From Patescibacteria group bacterium (GTDB lineage: Bacteria; Patescibacteriota; Microgenomatia; CAYGWK01): a stretch of 64,000 nucleotides of DNA. Numbering within the stretch: the first letter of the stretch is position 1; every line of letters begins with the position of its first letter. The DNA is taken from positions 11,171 to 75,170 of the forward strand of contig JBMORX010000002.1 of the NCBI GenBank assembly GCA_049322615.1, in the 5' to 3' direction. The position numbers were made by a program, and so were the translations under genes. The notes below the pieces were generated by a model. It did not search any database. It was not told the DNA's origin and saw only the letters and a program-made list of their open reading frames with translations. Below, piece by piece: positions 9,437-17,622 of the stretch.

Positions 9437-10009
9437 TTATGGTTTTTTAAGAAAGAGAAATAGGCCAAGTCTCGGAAAAGAAAATCTGGTTTTAATCTTC
9501 ATCTTTTGGAATTTCTTTAACCACCAAGATGAATCTTCAACGTTAACGTGGGTCGGATCTAAGAGAAAGTGTTTACCCTCAAAAGGATTGTCCCTCACAC
9601 AAATCTGCAAAAACACATATTTTTGGCAGACTCGCAAAAGTTCACTTAAGGCTCTTTCTGTATCTTCTTTTCTTATATGCTCCATTACCGCCAGCGAGGA
9701 AACAACTTCAAACGCCTCATCTTTATAGGGTAAGTCTAAAACGTTCCCGATCTGACAACGACGTCGAACAAAGTTTTTGGCTTTGGAAAAACCCGCAAAA
9801 GTGATATCGATTCCCCAAGCATCTATCCTCCACCTGGTTGCCCATTTCACCAGTGTGCCTTCACCACAACCCACGTCAAGCAAGGTTTTGGGCATTAAAA
9901 AAAGTTTAACGAATAAGGCAAAAACAAAACCTTTGATTTCTGGGAAAAGAAATCCTCTTTTTTGAAAATATTTCTTATCATAAAAATTTCTCGATTTTAA
10001 AGATTCCAT
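9437..10009 (-). CDS. Class I SAM-dependent methyltransferase
   Basis: 'LLDVGCGEGTL' is methyltransferase motif I and 'VVSSLAVMEH' is motif II. The start is taken as the internal Met (MESLKSRNF) so the gene does not overlap valS. Confidence 0.6.
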   Translation of the reverse strand: MESLKSRNFYDKKYFQKRGFLFPEIKGFVFALFVKLFLMPKTLLDVGCGEGTLVKWATRWRIDAWGIDITFAGFSKAKNFVRRRCQIGNVLDLPYKDEAFEVVSSLAVMEHIRKEDTERALSELLRVCQKYVFLQICVRDNPFEGKHFLLDPTHVNVEDSSWWLKKFQKMKIKTRFSFPRLGLFLFLKKP

Positions 10010-10065
10010 AGGAAATAGTTTATCAGGCTTGAGAAAGAAAGCCAAGTTGAGATATAATCGGCTAG

Positions 10066-12306
10066 ATGGACAAAGTATATAATCCCAAAACTGTCGAAAA
10101 ACGCATCTATCAGATGTGGGAAAAGTCTGGGGCTTTCTCCCCAAAGATTAAAAAGGGCAAAAAACCATTTTCTATCATCATGCCTCCACCAAATGCCAAT
10201 GCTCCCCTTCATATTGGTCATGCCAGATTTGTCGCCATTCAAGACCTTTTAATCCGTTTCCACCGCATGCTAGGCGAGCCTTCTTTGTGGCTTCCCGGAG
10301 CAGACCATGCGGGAATTTTAACCCAGGTTGTTTTTGAAAAAAAACTAAGCCTCGAGGGCAAAACCCGCTTTGATTTAGGCAGAGAAAAATTTTATCAAGA
10401 GATTTTCAAGTTTTCCCAAGAAAACAAACAGACAATGTATAGCCAAATGCGCGCCCTGGGTGCTTCCTGTGACTGGAAAAGAGAAAAATTCACCTTAGAC
10501 CCTGAAATTTCCAAAATTGTTCTTGAGACTTTTATCAAAATGTTTAACAGAGGCTTAATTTCCCGAAGTGAACGAATTGTCAATTTTTGCCCTCGTTGCC
10601 AAACTGCCCTATCGGATTTAGAGATTGAACACAAGGAAGAAAAAACAAAACTTTGGTTTATCCGCTATGTTTTTAAAAACGAGGACAAATTTCTGACAGT
10701 CGCCACCACCAGACCAGAGACTATGCTTGGAGACACGGCCGTAGCCGTTAACCCAAGGGACAAAAGATATAAAGAGGTAGTGGGCAAAACTGTGGTCTTA
10801 CCCTTGATGCTTCGGGAGATCCCCATCGTTGCCGATGAAGCCGTTGACCCCGAATTTGGGACCGGAGCGGTCAAGGTTACCCCAGCCCATGACCCGATAG
10901 ATTTTGAAATTGGCCAAAAACACAATCTTGCCTCAATCCAAGTTATTGGCTTTGATAATAAAATGACCAAAAGGGGAGGTAAATATGCAGGACTGCCCAT
11001 CTTGGAAGCCAGGAAAAAAATAATTCAGGATTTGGAGGTTAAAGGGCAACTTGAGAAAGTTGAAGATTATATTCATTCAGTTGGTCATTGCGAACGCTGC
11101 AAAACCATTATTGAACCGCAAGTTTCTTTACAGTGGTTTGTCAAAACTAAACCATTGGCAAAGGAGGCGCTTTCGGTCGTTAAAAGCAAAAAAATCAAAA
11201 TCATCCCTCAAAGATTTGAAAAAATTTATCTTTTGTGGATGAAAGACATTCGCGACTGGTGCATTTCCCGCCAACTTTGGTGGGGACATCAAATCCCAAT
11301 TTGGTACTGCGGGGGAGAAAACTTATCCCCTCTTCAAAAATTAATGAACCCAGAATTGGCGAAACCCCACGACTTAGGCTGTGGAGAGATTATTGCTTCG
11401 GTTGAAAAACCAAAGACTTGTCCAAAATGCAAAAACAAAAATTTAATCCAGGATCCAGATACCTTAGATGCCTGGTTCTCCTCAGGTCAGTGGCCCTTCA
11501 CTACCTTAGGCTTCCCAGATTCACCTGACTATAAATATTTCTATCCCACCACTGTCATGGAAACAGGTTATGAGATTTTGTTTTTCTGGGTCGCTCGAAT
11601 GATTATGCTTGGTATTTTTCGAACAAAAAAAGTTCCTTTTGAAACCGTTTTTCTCCATGGGTTAGTCAGAGACGCTTTCGGTCAAAAAATGTCAAAAAGT
11701 AAAGGCAATGTCATTGACCCCTTAGATGTAATTAAGCTCTACGGCACTGATGCTTTGCGAATGGCTTTGCTTTATGGCTCAACTCCAGGCAAAGACCTGG
11801 CTTTATCTGAAGAAAAAATAGAAAGCATGAGAAATTTTGCTAATAAAATCTGGAACGCCAGCCGATTTGTAATCGGCTATACGAATGTATCCCAATTAAA
11901 AATAATCCAAATGAATAATCCGAATAATATTCGGATTAAAAATTCGGACAATTTACATTCGGATAAATTCGTATCCGATGATAAATGGATTCTTGAGGAA
12001 CTAAGTAAAACCACCAAGTCTATCACTGAAGATATTGAAAAATTCAGGCTTGGTCAGGCTGCCGAAGAATTATATGAATTTTTCTGGCACAAATTTTGTG
12101 ATAGATATATTGAATCTACCAAAGCACGCCGAGACGAAGCTCAACCAACCCTGCTTCAGGTCTTGGAAACCAGCCTCAAACTCCTCCACCCTTTTATGCC
12201 TTTTATCACTGAAGAAGTCTGGCAGACTGCCAGAGCAAAGAAAGAAATAAAGAAAGCGAAGTTTTTTAAAGAGAAATTATTAATCACTGCCAAATGGCCA
12301 AAATAA
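10066..12306 (+). CDS. valS: Valyl-tRNA synthetase (short form lacking the C-terminal coiled coil)
   Basis: 'PPPNANAPLHIGHA' is the HIGH region and 'KMSKSKGNVIDP' is the KMSKS motif. There is an in-frame palindromic 'attcgga' repeat insert at 11885-11990. Confidence 0.75.
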   Translation: MDKVYNPKTVEKRIYQMWEKSGAFSPKIKKGKKPFSIIMPPPNANAPLHIGHARFVAIQDLLIRFHRMLGEPSLWLPGADHAGILTQVVFEKKLSLEGKTRFDLGREKFYQEIFKFSQENKQTMYSQMRALGASCDWKREKFTLDPEISKIVLETFIKMFNRGLISRSERIVNFCPRCQTALSDLEIEHKEEKTKLWFIRYVFKNEDKFLTVATTRPETMLGDTAVAVNPRDKRYKEVVGKTVVLPLMLREIPIVADEAVDPEFGTGAVKVTPAHDPIDFEIGQKHNLASIQVIGFDNKMTKRGGKYAGLPILEARKKIIQDLEVKGQLEKVEDYIHSVGHCERCKTIIEPQVSLQWFVKTKPLAKEALSVVKSKKIKIIPQRFEKIYLLWMKDIRDWCISRQLWWGHQIPIWYCGGENLSPLQKLMNPELAKPHDLGCGEIIASVEKPKTCPKCKNKNLIQDPDTLDAWFSSGQWPFTTLGFPDSPDYKYFYPTTVMETGYEILFFWVARMIMLGIFRTKKVPFETVFLHGLVRDAFGQKMSKSKGNVIDPLDVIKLYGTDALRMALLYGSTPGKDLALSEEKIESMRNFANKIWNASRFVIGYTNVSQLKIIQMNNPNNIRIKNSDNLHSDKFVSDDKWILEELSKTTKSITEDIEKFRLGQAAEELYEFFWHKFCDRYIESTKARRDEAQPTLLQVLETSLKLLHPFMPFITEEVWQTARAKKEIKKAKFFKEKLLITAKWPK

Positions 12307-12926
12307 GAAAAGATATTAAGATACTAAGATATTTAGAAATTAAGAGTAAAATTAACCCGTGGTTGGAGAACAAAATCCAGAGGATAAGAAGCCTTAGGGA
12401 GCGCCAGGCTTACCGGTCAGCCAAAAGATGGGGGGCGCCGGCGGGAGTGGCTTTGATTTTATTTCTCATCCTTTATTCTTTTTTTCTTCCCAAAGATAAA
12501 TTTCAACTGGCTCGGGAACGGGTTTTGAAGAATCCAAATGATTTAGAGGCTCATTTAATTTTGGCTGAAGAATTTTTGAAAAATAATGAACTGGATAAAG
12601 CCGAAAAAGAACTGCTCGCCGCCCAGCAAATTCAGCAATCTAGCAATCTAACAATTGAACAATCAAGAGTTTTAGGTTTAAGTTCAAGGCTTGAAGAATT
12701 ATATTTAAAATATCAAGAGGAAAATCCTCAAGAACTCAAGAAATTAATTGAAAAATGGGAAAAAATTGTTTCCGAAACTCCTTCCTTTCGCGACGGCTAT
12801 CTCAAACTTTCTCTTTACTATTTCAAGCTCGGTCAAACCGAAAAAGCCCAAGAAAATCTCCAAAAAGCCCTGGAACTTGATCCAAATTATGAGGAGACGA
12901 GAAAACTCGAAAATCTCATAAAGTAA
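12294..12926 (+). CDS. TPR-repeat protein with one TM helix
   Basis: A TM segment 'GVALILFLILYSFFL' is followed by TPR-like repeats ('LAEEFLKNNELDKAEKEL', 'YYFKLGQTEKAQENLQKALELDPNY'). Confidence 0.5.
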   Translation: MAKIRKDIKILRYLEIKSKINPWLENKIQRIRSLRERQAYRSAKRWGAPAGVALILFLILYSFFLPKDKFQLARERVLKNPNDLEAHLILAEEFLKNNELDKAEKELLAAQQIQQSSNLTIEQSRVLGLSSRLEELYLKYQEENPQELKKLIEKWEKIVSETPSFRDGYLKLSLYYFKLGQTEKAQENLQKALELDPNYEETRKLENLIK

Positions 12927-12968
12927 AATCTATAATCTAAAATCTAAAATCTTTAGATTTTACTTTCT
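12927..12968. terminator. AT-rich hairpin serving as a bidirectional rho-independent terminator between convergent genes
   Basis: 'gtaaaatct...agattttac' is a 9-bp inverted repeat with a T-run, lying between the stop at 12926 (+) and the stop at 12997 (-). Confidence 0.4.
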
Positions 12969-12996
12969 ACTTAATCAAGAAACCTAATAATTAATT

Positions 12997-13668
12997 TTAC
13001 TCTACAAAAATTTCTCCTTCGAGGCTTTTGGCAAGGCCAAGAAAAAAATCTTCCATTTCTTTTCTCTTAAATGGTTTAAGCATCTTAGGAAAATCTTGAT
13101 TTTTGAAGTCTCTCACTCGAAGAAATTGACTAATTAGAGAACCCGGATCATAAGATAAATCAAACTTATTTCTAATATCCTTAAGGATTTTCTCTAATTT
13201 ATAACCTTTTTCCTTAAAAATAAAATAGAGATCAATATAATCACGTGGTCGAGATTTTCCAAAGATACTTTGGAGTTTATCTACGGCAATATCATAAATG
13301 CTGGCAACCCGTAATTTTCCAAAAAAAGTCCATCTTTCAAACGGAGGAAACGGATAATAAGAAAAGTCCACTTTTAATGTTTCTTTTTTGTCAAATCGTA
13401 AAAGATACATCTCTAAACCCCAGAATTCCGTACGCTGAAAATCTTCAAATCCCAACTTGGGAGCAATCTTTCGTAAAAAAGCCCGAATGCTTCTTTCCCC
13501 TATTTCTTTTTCACTAAAAAAATCAAGATCCTCAGATTGACGGTGTCTAAGATAAAACTCAGAGAGGGCAGTTCCCCCACCCAAGAAGAAATTTTTGGTT
13601 AACCACGGTTCTTTTTGGACCAATTCCAAAAAGTCAGATTGTCTGGCAGAGAGTATAGTTTTCCCCAT
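12997..13668 (-). CDS. Nucleotidyltransferase AbiEii/AbiGii-family toxin (DUF1814-like)
   Basis: 'FFLGGGTALSEFYLRHRQSEDLDFF' matches the AbiEii GGTAL...S-DLDF signature. Confidence 0.55.
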   Translation of the reverse strand: MGKTILSARQSDFLELVQKEPWLTKNFFLGGGTALSEFYLRHRQSEDLDFFSEKEIGERSIRAFLRKIAPKLGFEDFQRTEFWGLEMYLLRFDKKETLKVDFSYYPFPPFERWTFFGKLRVASIYDIAVDKLQSIFGKSRPRDYIDLYFIFKEKGYKLEKILKDIRNKFDLSYDPGSLISQFLRVRDFKNQDFPKMLKPFKRKEMEDFFLGLAKSLEGEIFVE

Positions 13669-13868
13669 AATAGATACTCCAGAGCGCGTTTTTTATAGGG
13701 ATCCAGCCTGTCTTTTATTTTGGACCAATATTTTTTAGCTTCTTTTTTGGATATTTTTTCACCCTTTTGGACACCATAATTAATTAAATACTCCAGCCGC
13801 CAAAGCCGAAATTCTTTGGGATTTTCTTTTTGGAATTTTTTAACATCAGTGCTCCAGTGCCAAAGCAT
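13599..13868 (-). CDS. Small hypothetical protein upstream of the AbiEii gene; possible cognate partner
   Basis: An 89-aa ORF overlaps the AbiEii start by ~70 nt. No recognisable domain. Confidence 0.3.
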   Translation of the reverse strand: MLWHWSTDVKKFQKENPKEFRLWRLEYLINYGVQKGEKISKKEAKKYWSKIKDRLDPYKKRALEYLLWGKLYSLPDNLTFWNWSKKNRG

Positions 13869-13915
13869 ACTTTCTATATTTTACTAAAATGGGAATGAGA
13901 AGTAAATTGCTCCAA

Positions 13916-14671
13916 TTATTCCAAAAACTTAAAAGTCGAGAGGATGAGGTCAAAAATCGATAGATCCTCTAATGGAATTGGTTTTAAAATAAAATTCTCA
14001 TCTTTATTGTAAAGATAGAGACTAATCCAACCGCTTTCTCTTATTGGCATAACAATACCAACCATGGGTCCATTTCCTTTGGCAGAAGTCTCGAAAGGAA
14101 AAAATTCATAATCATTAGTATTGATATAATAAGCTGGTTTTGTAGAAACTGTTTTTAACTGATAGGAAATATTTTTCTTCTTCATGACTGAAAGTACTTC
14201 TTCCCACGAAGTGCCCATAACTGTATCGGGGCCTCCTCCAGAAACACTTAGTGTTGCTCCAGAAGAAAGTATCGTACTTGATGTAAGACAAGAAGACTGG
14301 TCACACCGGAAATTACTTACGCCCGGTGGTAGTCTGATGGACCAAAAAGAAAAGGTATAAGTTTTCCAGTTTACGGTGGGGTCGCCCTCCTTCGCTGGAG
14401 CTTCGGAGGGTAAAGGAGTTGGGGTGGCTTCAACGATTGGTGTTGGGGTCGGTCCTTCGACAGGTTCAGGATAAATTGATCTTTGTCCGAGTTTATAAGC
14501 CCCAAAAACTATGCTTACAAGAACCAAAACTCCCAAAACTCCACCTAAAATTTTGAATTTGTGAATTTTGAGTTTTTCCCAAAAACTTGCTGGTTGGATT
14601 TGGGTTTCTTGCTCGCTGACTGGCCCGTCTTGACTCGGTGAGGCAGGTAATTCGGCAGGTTTTTCTTCCAT
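13916..14671 (-). CDS. Membrane-anchored secreted protein, paralog A of 15448..16152
   Basis: N-terminus 'MEEKPAELP', a TM helix 'ILGGVLGVLVLVSIVFGAY', a 'PTPTPIVEATPTP' linker, and a C-terminus ending '...LSTFKFLE'. Paralog B shares all four elements. Confidence 0.5.
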   Translation of the reverse strand: MEEKPAELPASPSQDGPVSEQETQIQPASFWEKLKIHKFKILGGVLGVLVLVSIVFGAYKLGQRSIYPEPVEGPTPTPIVEATPTPLPSEAPAKEGDPTVNWKTYTFSFWSIRLPPGVSNFRCDQSSCLTSSTILSSGATLSVSGGGPDTVMGTSWEEVLSVMKKKNISYQLKTVSTKPAYYINTNDYEFFPFETSAKGNGPMVGIVMPIRESGWISLYLYNKDENFILKPIPLEDLSIFDLILSTFKFLE

Positions 14672-14672
14672 T

Positions 14673-15083
14673 TTATTTTATGCCTAGTTTTTCCTTAACA
14701 AAAGCGCCAATTCTTTGAGTAGCTTCTTTGGCTTTTTCTGCCATTTCTCTAGTAATATTTGAAGGGGGTAAATCAGCAGGATAACGGCTCTCAAAGTAAA
14801 ATTCGGTTAGAAAGTCACACTCTTCCTTAAGTTGACCAAAATCAGGATTATCTCGCTGACAAATTTGCAATAAGGTCGGCAATTCATGAATTTTTTTAAA
14901 TTCAAGTTTGCGGGCGACAATGTAAGCTTTTAAGTATTTTTCTGCCGCTTGTTGAAAATGAAAGCAAATTTGAGGAAAAAAATGAGTTTCTGGGTCACTT
15001 AGCCCGGAAACTGCAAAACCAAAATCTTCATCAGCAAACTCTAGCCACGCTTGAGAGTTGGGTGAATCAGGGATATCAACCAT
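14673..15083 (-). CDS. HEPN-domain protein (toxin partner of MNT)
   Basis: 'QQAAEKYLKAYIV' is HEPN helix-1 consensus and 'FESRYPAD' is the C-terminal motif. It overlaps the upstream MNT gene by 8 nt. Confidence 0.6.
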   Translation of the reverse strand: MVDIPDSPNSQAWLEFADEDFGFAVSGLSDPETHFFPQICFHFQQAAEKYLKAYIVARKLEFKKIHELPTLLQICQRDNPDFGQLKEECDFLTEFYFESRYPADLPPSNITREMAEKAKEATQRIGAFVKEKLGIK

Positions 15084-15396
15084 ATAAAATTCTCCCTTCC
15101 TTTTGGATTGTTTTTACAAAGGGATCACCCATTTTAAGACAAGTTTCAAATTCTTCTGGGCGGTAAACAAGGAAATCCGCAGGTAAACTCTTTCTAATCA
15201 ATCGTCTTACTTGCCAACGCCGTTCAATATTATTTAGAGGAACGTCTCCTTTAATAATGGCAAAATCTAAATCAGAATCCGGACCGAATTTTCCTTGAGC
15301 AGCCGAGCCAAAAAGAATAATCTTTTCCGGTTTGTATTTTTTAATAAGTTGTTGGGTGATGTTTTGAATTTCTTTCTCTATTAGTTTCTTGCTCAT
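15076..15396 (-). CDS. Minimal nucleotidyltransferase (MNT antitoxin, pol-beta superfamily)
   Basis: 'IILFGSAAQGKFGPDSDLDFAII' is the canonical hG[GS]...DhD motif. Confidence 0.75.
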   Translation of the reverse strand: MSKKLIEKEIQNITQQLIKKYKPEKIILFGSAAQGKFGPDSDLDFAIIKGDVPLNNIERRWQVRRLIRKSLPADFLVYRPEEFETCLKMGDPFVKTIQKEGRILYG

Positions 15397-15447
15397 ATTG
15401 AAGTTATTTTAACACAGGAAGTAGAAGATTATCAATTTTGAAAAAAA

Positions 15448-16152
15448 TTATTCCAAAAACTTAAAAGTCGAGAGCATGAGGTTGAAGGTATCCTTGTGGA
15501 CCCCCAATGATGCGCCCCAGGCGTTAAGAATAATGACATTTTTGTCCTTCTCTAATAAAACGTGTTGATCCATTAAGCCCCAGGGGTCTTTTGAAATTAT
15601 TCTTACAGCTTGATTACCTGAAACGTCGATTTTGTCGGTAGAAACAATATTTTCTTTGGAAATAGAGAATTTATCTACCCAAAATTCAACTATGGAAAGT
15701 TTCTCTGGGTTCGTCTCTGGAATAATCTCAATCTTCAGATTCCCACCAGATACAGGCAATCCCGGGTTTATGACTTTCTCTGAATCATAACTGGTTATTA
15801 TAATCTCGGGTCCAGATTTATTAATAAACCAACCGCTGGGAAGTTCTAGGGAATAGTTATAAGACTGATTAACCAGTTTCTTCCATCCCTCACGCGCCGC
15901 TTCCATAATGTAATATTCCCGCTGCGGGGTTGGGGTAGCTTCAACCATCGGTGTTGGAGTTGGCTGGGAACCGGGCTGAACCTGTCTTTGACTAAATTTA
16001 TAGGCTCCAAAAACTGCTCCTGCGAGCACCAAAACCCCTAAAATTCCGGCCAAAATTTTGAATTTGTGGATTTTTAGTTTATCCAAAAGGGGTGGAGCCT
16101 GGACCTGAATTTCTTGAGGGCTAACCGGTAATTGAGCAGGTTTTTCTTCCAT
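15448..16152 (-). CDS. Membrane-anchored secreted protein, paralog B of 13916..14671
   Basis: It has the same architecture and termini as paralog A ('MEEKPAQLP...LSTFKFLE'). Confidence 0.5.
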   Translation of the reverse strand: MEEKPAQLPVSPQEIQVQAPPLLDKLKIHKFKILAGILGVLVLAGAVFGAYKFSQRQVQPGSQPTPTPMVEATPTPQREYYIMEAAREGWKKLVNQSYNYSLELPSGWFINKSGPEIIITSYDSEKVINPGLPVSGGNLKIEIIPETNPEKLSIVEFWVDKFSISKENIVSTDKIDVSGNQAVRIISKDPWGLMDQHVLLEKDKNVIILNAWGASLGVHKDTFNLMLSTFKFLE

Positions 16153-16158
16153 GAGCGA

Positions 16159-16839
16159 TTAAGTATTAAAAATATCTTGCGTGGCGGGATGACGGATGTA
16201 AAAATCCCTAAGTTCTCTAAGGGCAGTTATCATCTTCTCTCCAATAACTTTACCTCTTTCTGTATTAACCCCCATGGTTCGGGCTTTTCTTTCCAGGGTG
16301 CCGCCTATGAGTTGTTGTCCAATTCTAGCAATCTGTAATTCAACGTTTCTTTCAAGATCTTTTTTACTCTGGGGTAGGGTAAACTCCCCCTTCATAATCT
16401 CCATCACTCTCTCTTCCAACAAAATAGACTCTGGGTCATAAACTTCTGAGAGGTGCATTATGTCAAATGATTTTATGTCGCGCCATTTAACAGGCCCCCC
16501 ATAACGAATCATCCCTTCTATATTTGCATCGGTGATAATGTTCCCAAAGAAAAGCGCCGATGCGGCAGCAACAAGATACTCTCCCCATTCTTCGCTTAGC
16601 CTTGTCTCTTTTATCTTTTCGACTAGTTTTTGGTAAAGAACAACGTTAGGGCCCTCTTCAACTGCTTTCATAACTTCGGTTGTTTCTGGGTTTTCTCTTA
16701 ATCGTTGACGAATAGTATTTACCTCTTCTCCTGTACTAATTGGAATCCCGCCTTTGGGGCGGAGAAAAACTAGCGGTTCAAGTTTTTGAGGCGGAGGAAT
16801 ATTCTTAGGTCTTAACCAACCCTCTATAGAGGGTAACAT
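16159..16839 (-). CDS. Conserved hypothetical protein next to rplY
   Basis: A 226-aa ORF with no recognisable motif. It is not Pth. Confidence 0.35.
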   Translation of the reverse strand: MLPSIEGWLRPKNIPPPQKLEPLVFLRPKGGIPISTGEEVNTIRQRLRENPETTEVMKAVEEGPNVVLYQKLVEKIKETRLSEEWGEYLVAAASALFFGNIITDANIEGMIRYGGPVKWRDIKSFDIMHLSEVYDPESILLEERVMEIMKGEFTLPQSKKDLERNVELQIARIGQQLIGGTLERKARTMGVNTERGKVIGEKMITALRELRDFYIRHPATQDIFNT

Positions 16840-16890
16840 ACGCGCTTATTTTGTCAAAAACACTCTTAATTGTCAACAACTACAGAATTT

Positions 16891-17622
16891 TTACTTTTTC
16901 TCTTCTTTTGGCTTGCCCGCCATAGCTTCAGCGGAGGCGGGTTTCTCTTCTGGCTTGGCTTCTTCAGCTGGGGCGCCTTCAGGCGGAGCCGCTCCCTCGG
17001 CGGGAACTTCGCCTTCGACAGGAACTGCCTCTTCGGCCGGCGGTGGTGGAGGAACGACTTCTTCTTTCTCCAAAGGTCCAATTTTGGCAACAATTGCCCC
17101 AAGGTCGGCTTTTATCTCAACCTTTTTTCTATCCACCGAAAGATCGGCAACTGTTATCGCCTCGTCAACTTGGGCAAGTTTTGAGATATCAACGACCAAA
17201 TGCTCGGGTAAATCCTGGGGCAAAGCCTCAACCTCAACTTCAGAAATTGGCTGAATCAAAATCCCAATGCCCTGTTCAATTGCCGGTGACTCACCAATTA
17301 TTTCAACAGGAACAGTTGCCTTAGTTTTCTCAGTCAAAGAAACCTGGTGAAAATCAACATGAAGAGGCTCGCCTGTTACTGGATGAAGTTGAACATTATG
17401 AATCAAAACTGGTTTTGTTTCACTGTCGATTTTTAAATCAACCAATCCTGTTTCTCCTACTTCTTTGTAAACTTTTTGAAAATCGTTTAAGGGAACTTGG
17501 AGGCTTAAAGATTTTATCTTTTTCCCATACAAATTTGCTGGCAAAATTCCTTCTCGGCGAAGTTTTTTTACCTTTCGACCTTCTATTTTTCTTTTTTCGA
17601 CTTGAAGTTTTGGCTTTTCCAT
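16891..17622 (-). CDS. rplY: 50S ribosomal protein L25 / general stress protein Ctc, with an acidic Pro/Ala/Glu-rich C-terminal tail
   Basis: 'EGRKVKKLRREGILPANLYGK' is the L25 N-terminus, and the two-domain Ctc form is present. Confidence 0.8.
   Translation of the reverse strand: MEKPKLQVEKRKIEGRKVKKLRREGILPANLYGKKIKSLSLQVPLNDFQKVYKEVGETGLVDLKIDSETKPVLIHNVQLHPVTGEPLHVDFHQVSLTEKTKATVPVEIIGESPAIEQGIGILIQPISEVEVEALPQDLPEHLVVDISKLAQVDEAITVADLSVDRKKVEIKADLGAIVAKIGPLEKEEVVPPPPPAEEAVPVEGEVPAEGAAPPEGAPAEEAKPEEKPASAEAMAGKPKEEKK

Noticed and set aside
16866-17324. Several ORFs (16866..17102 -, 16870..17184 +, 16913..17254 +, 17043..17324 +) overlapping rplY
   Set aside because: They are low-complexity Pro/Gly/Ala or basic translations of the acidic PAEE-rich tail region of L25 in other frames.
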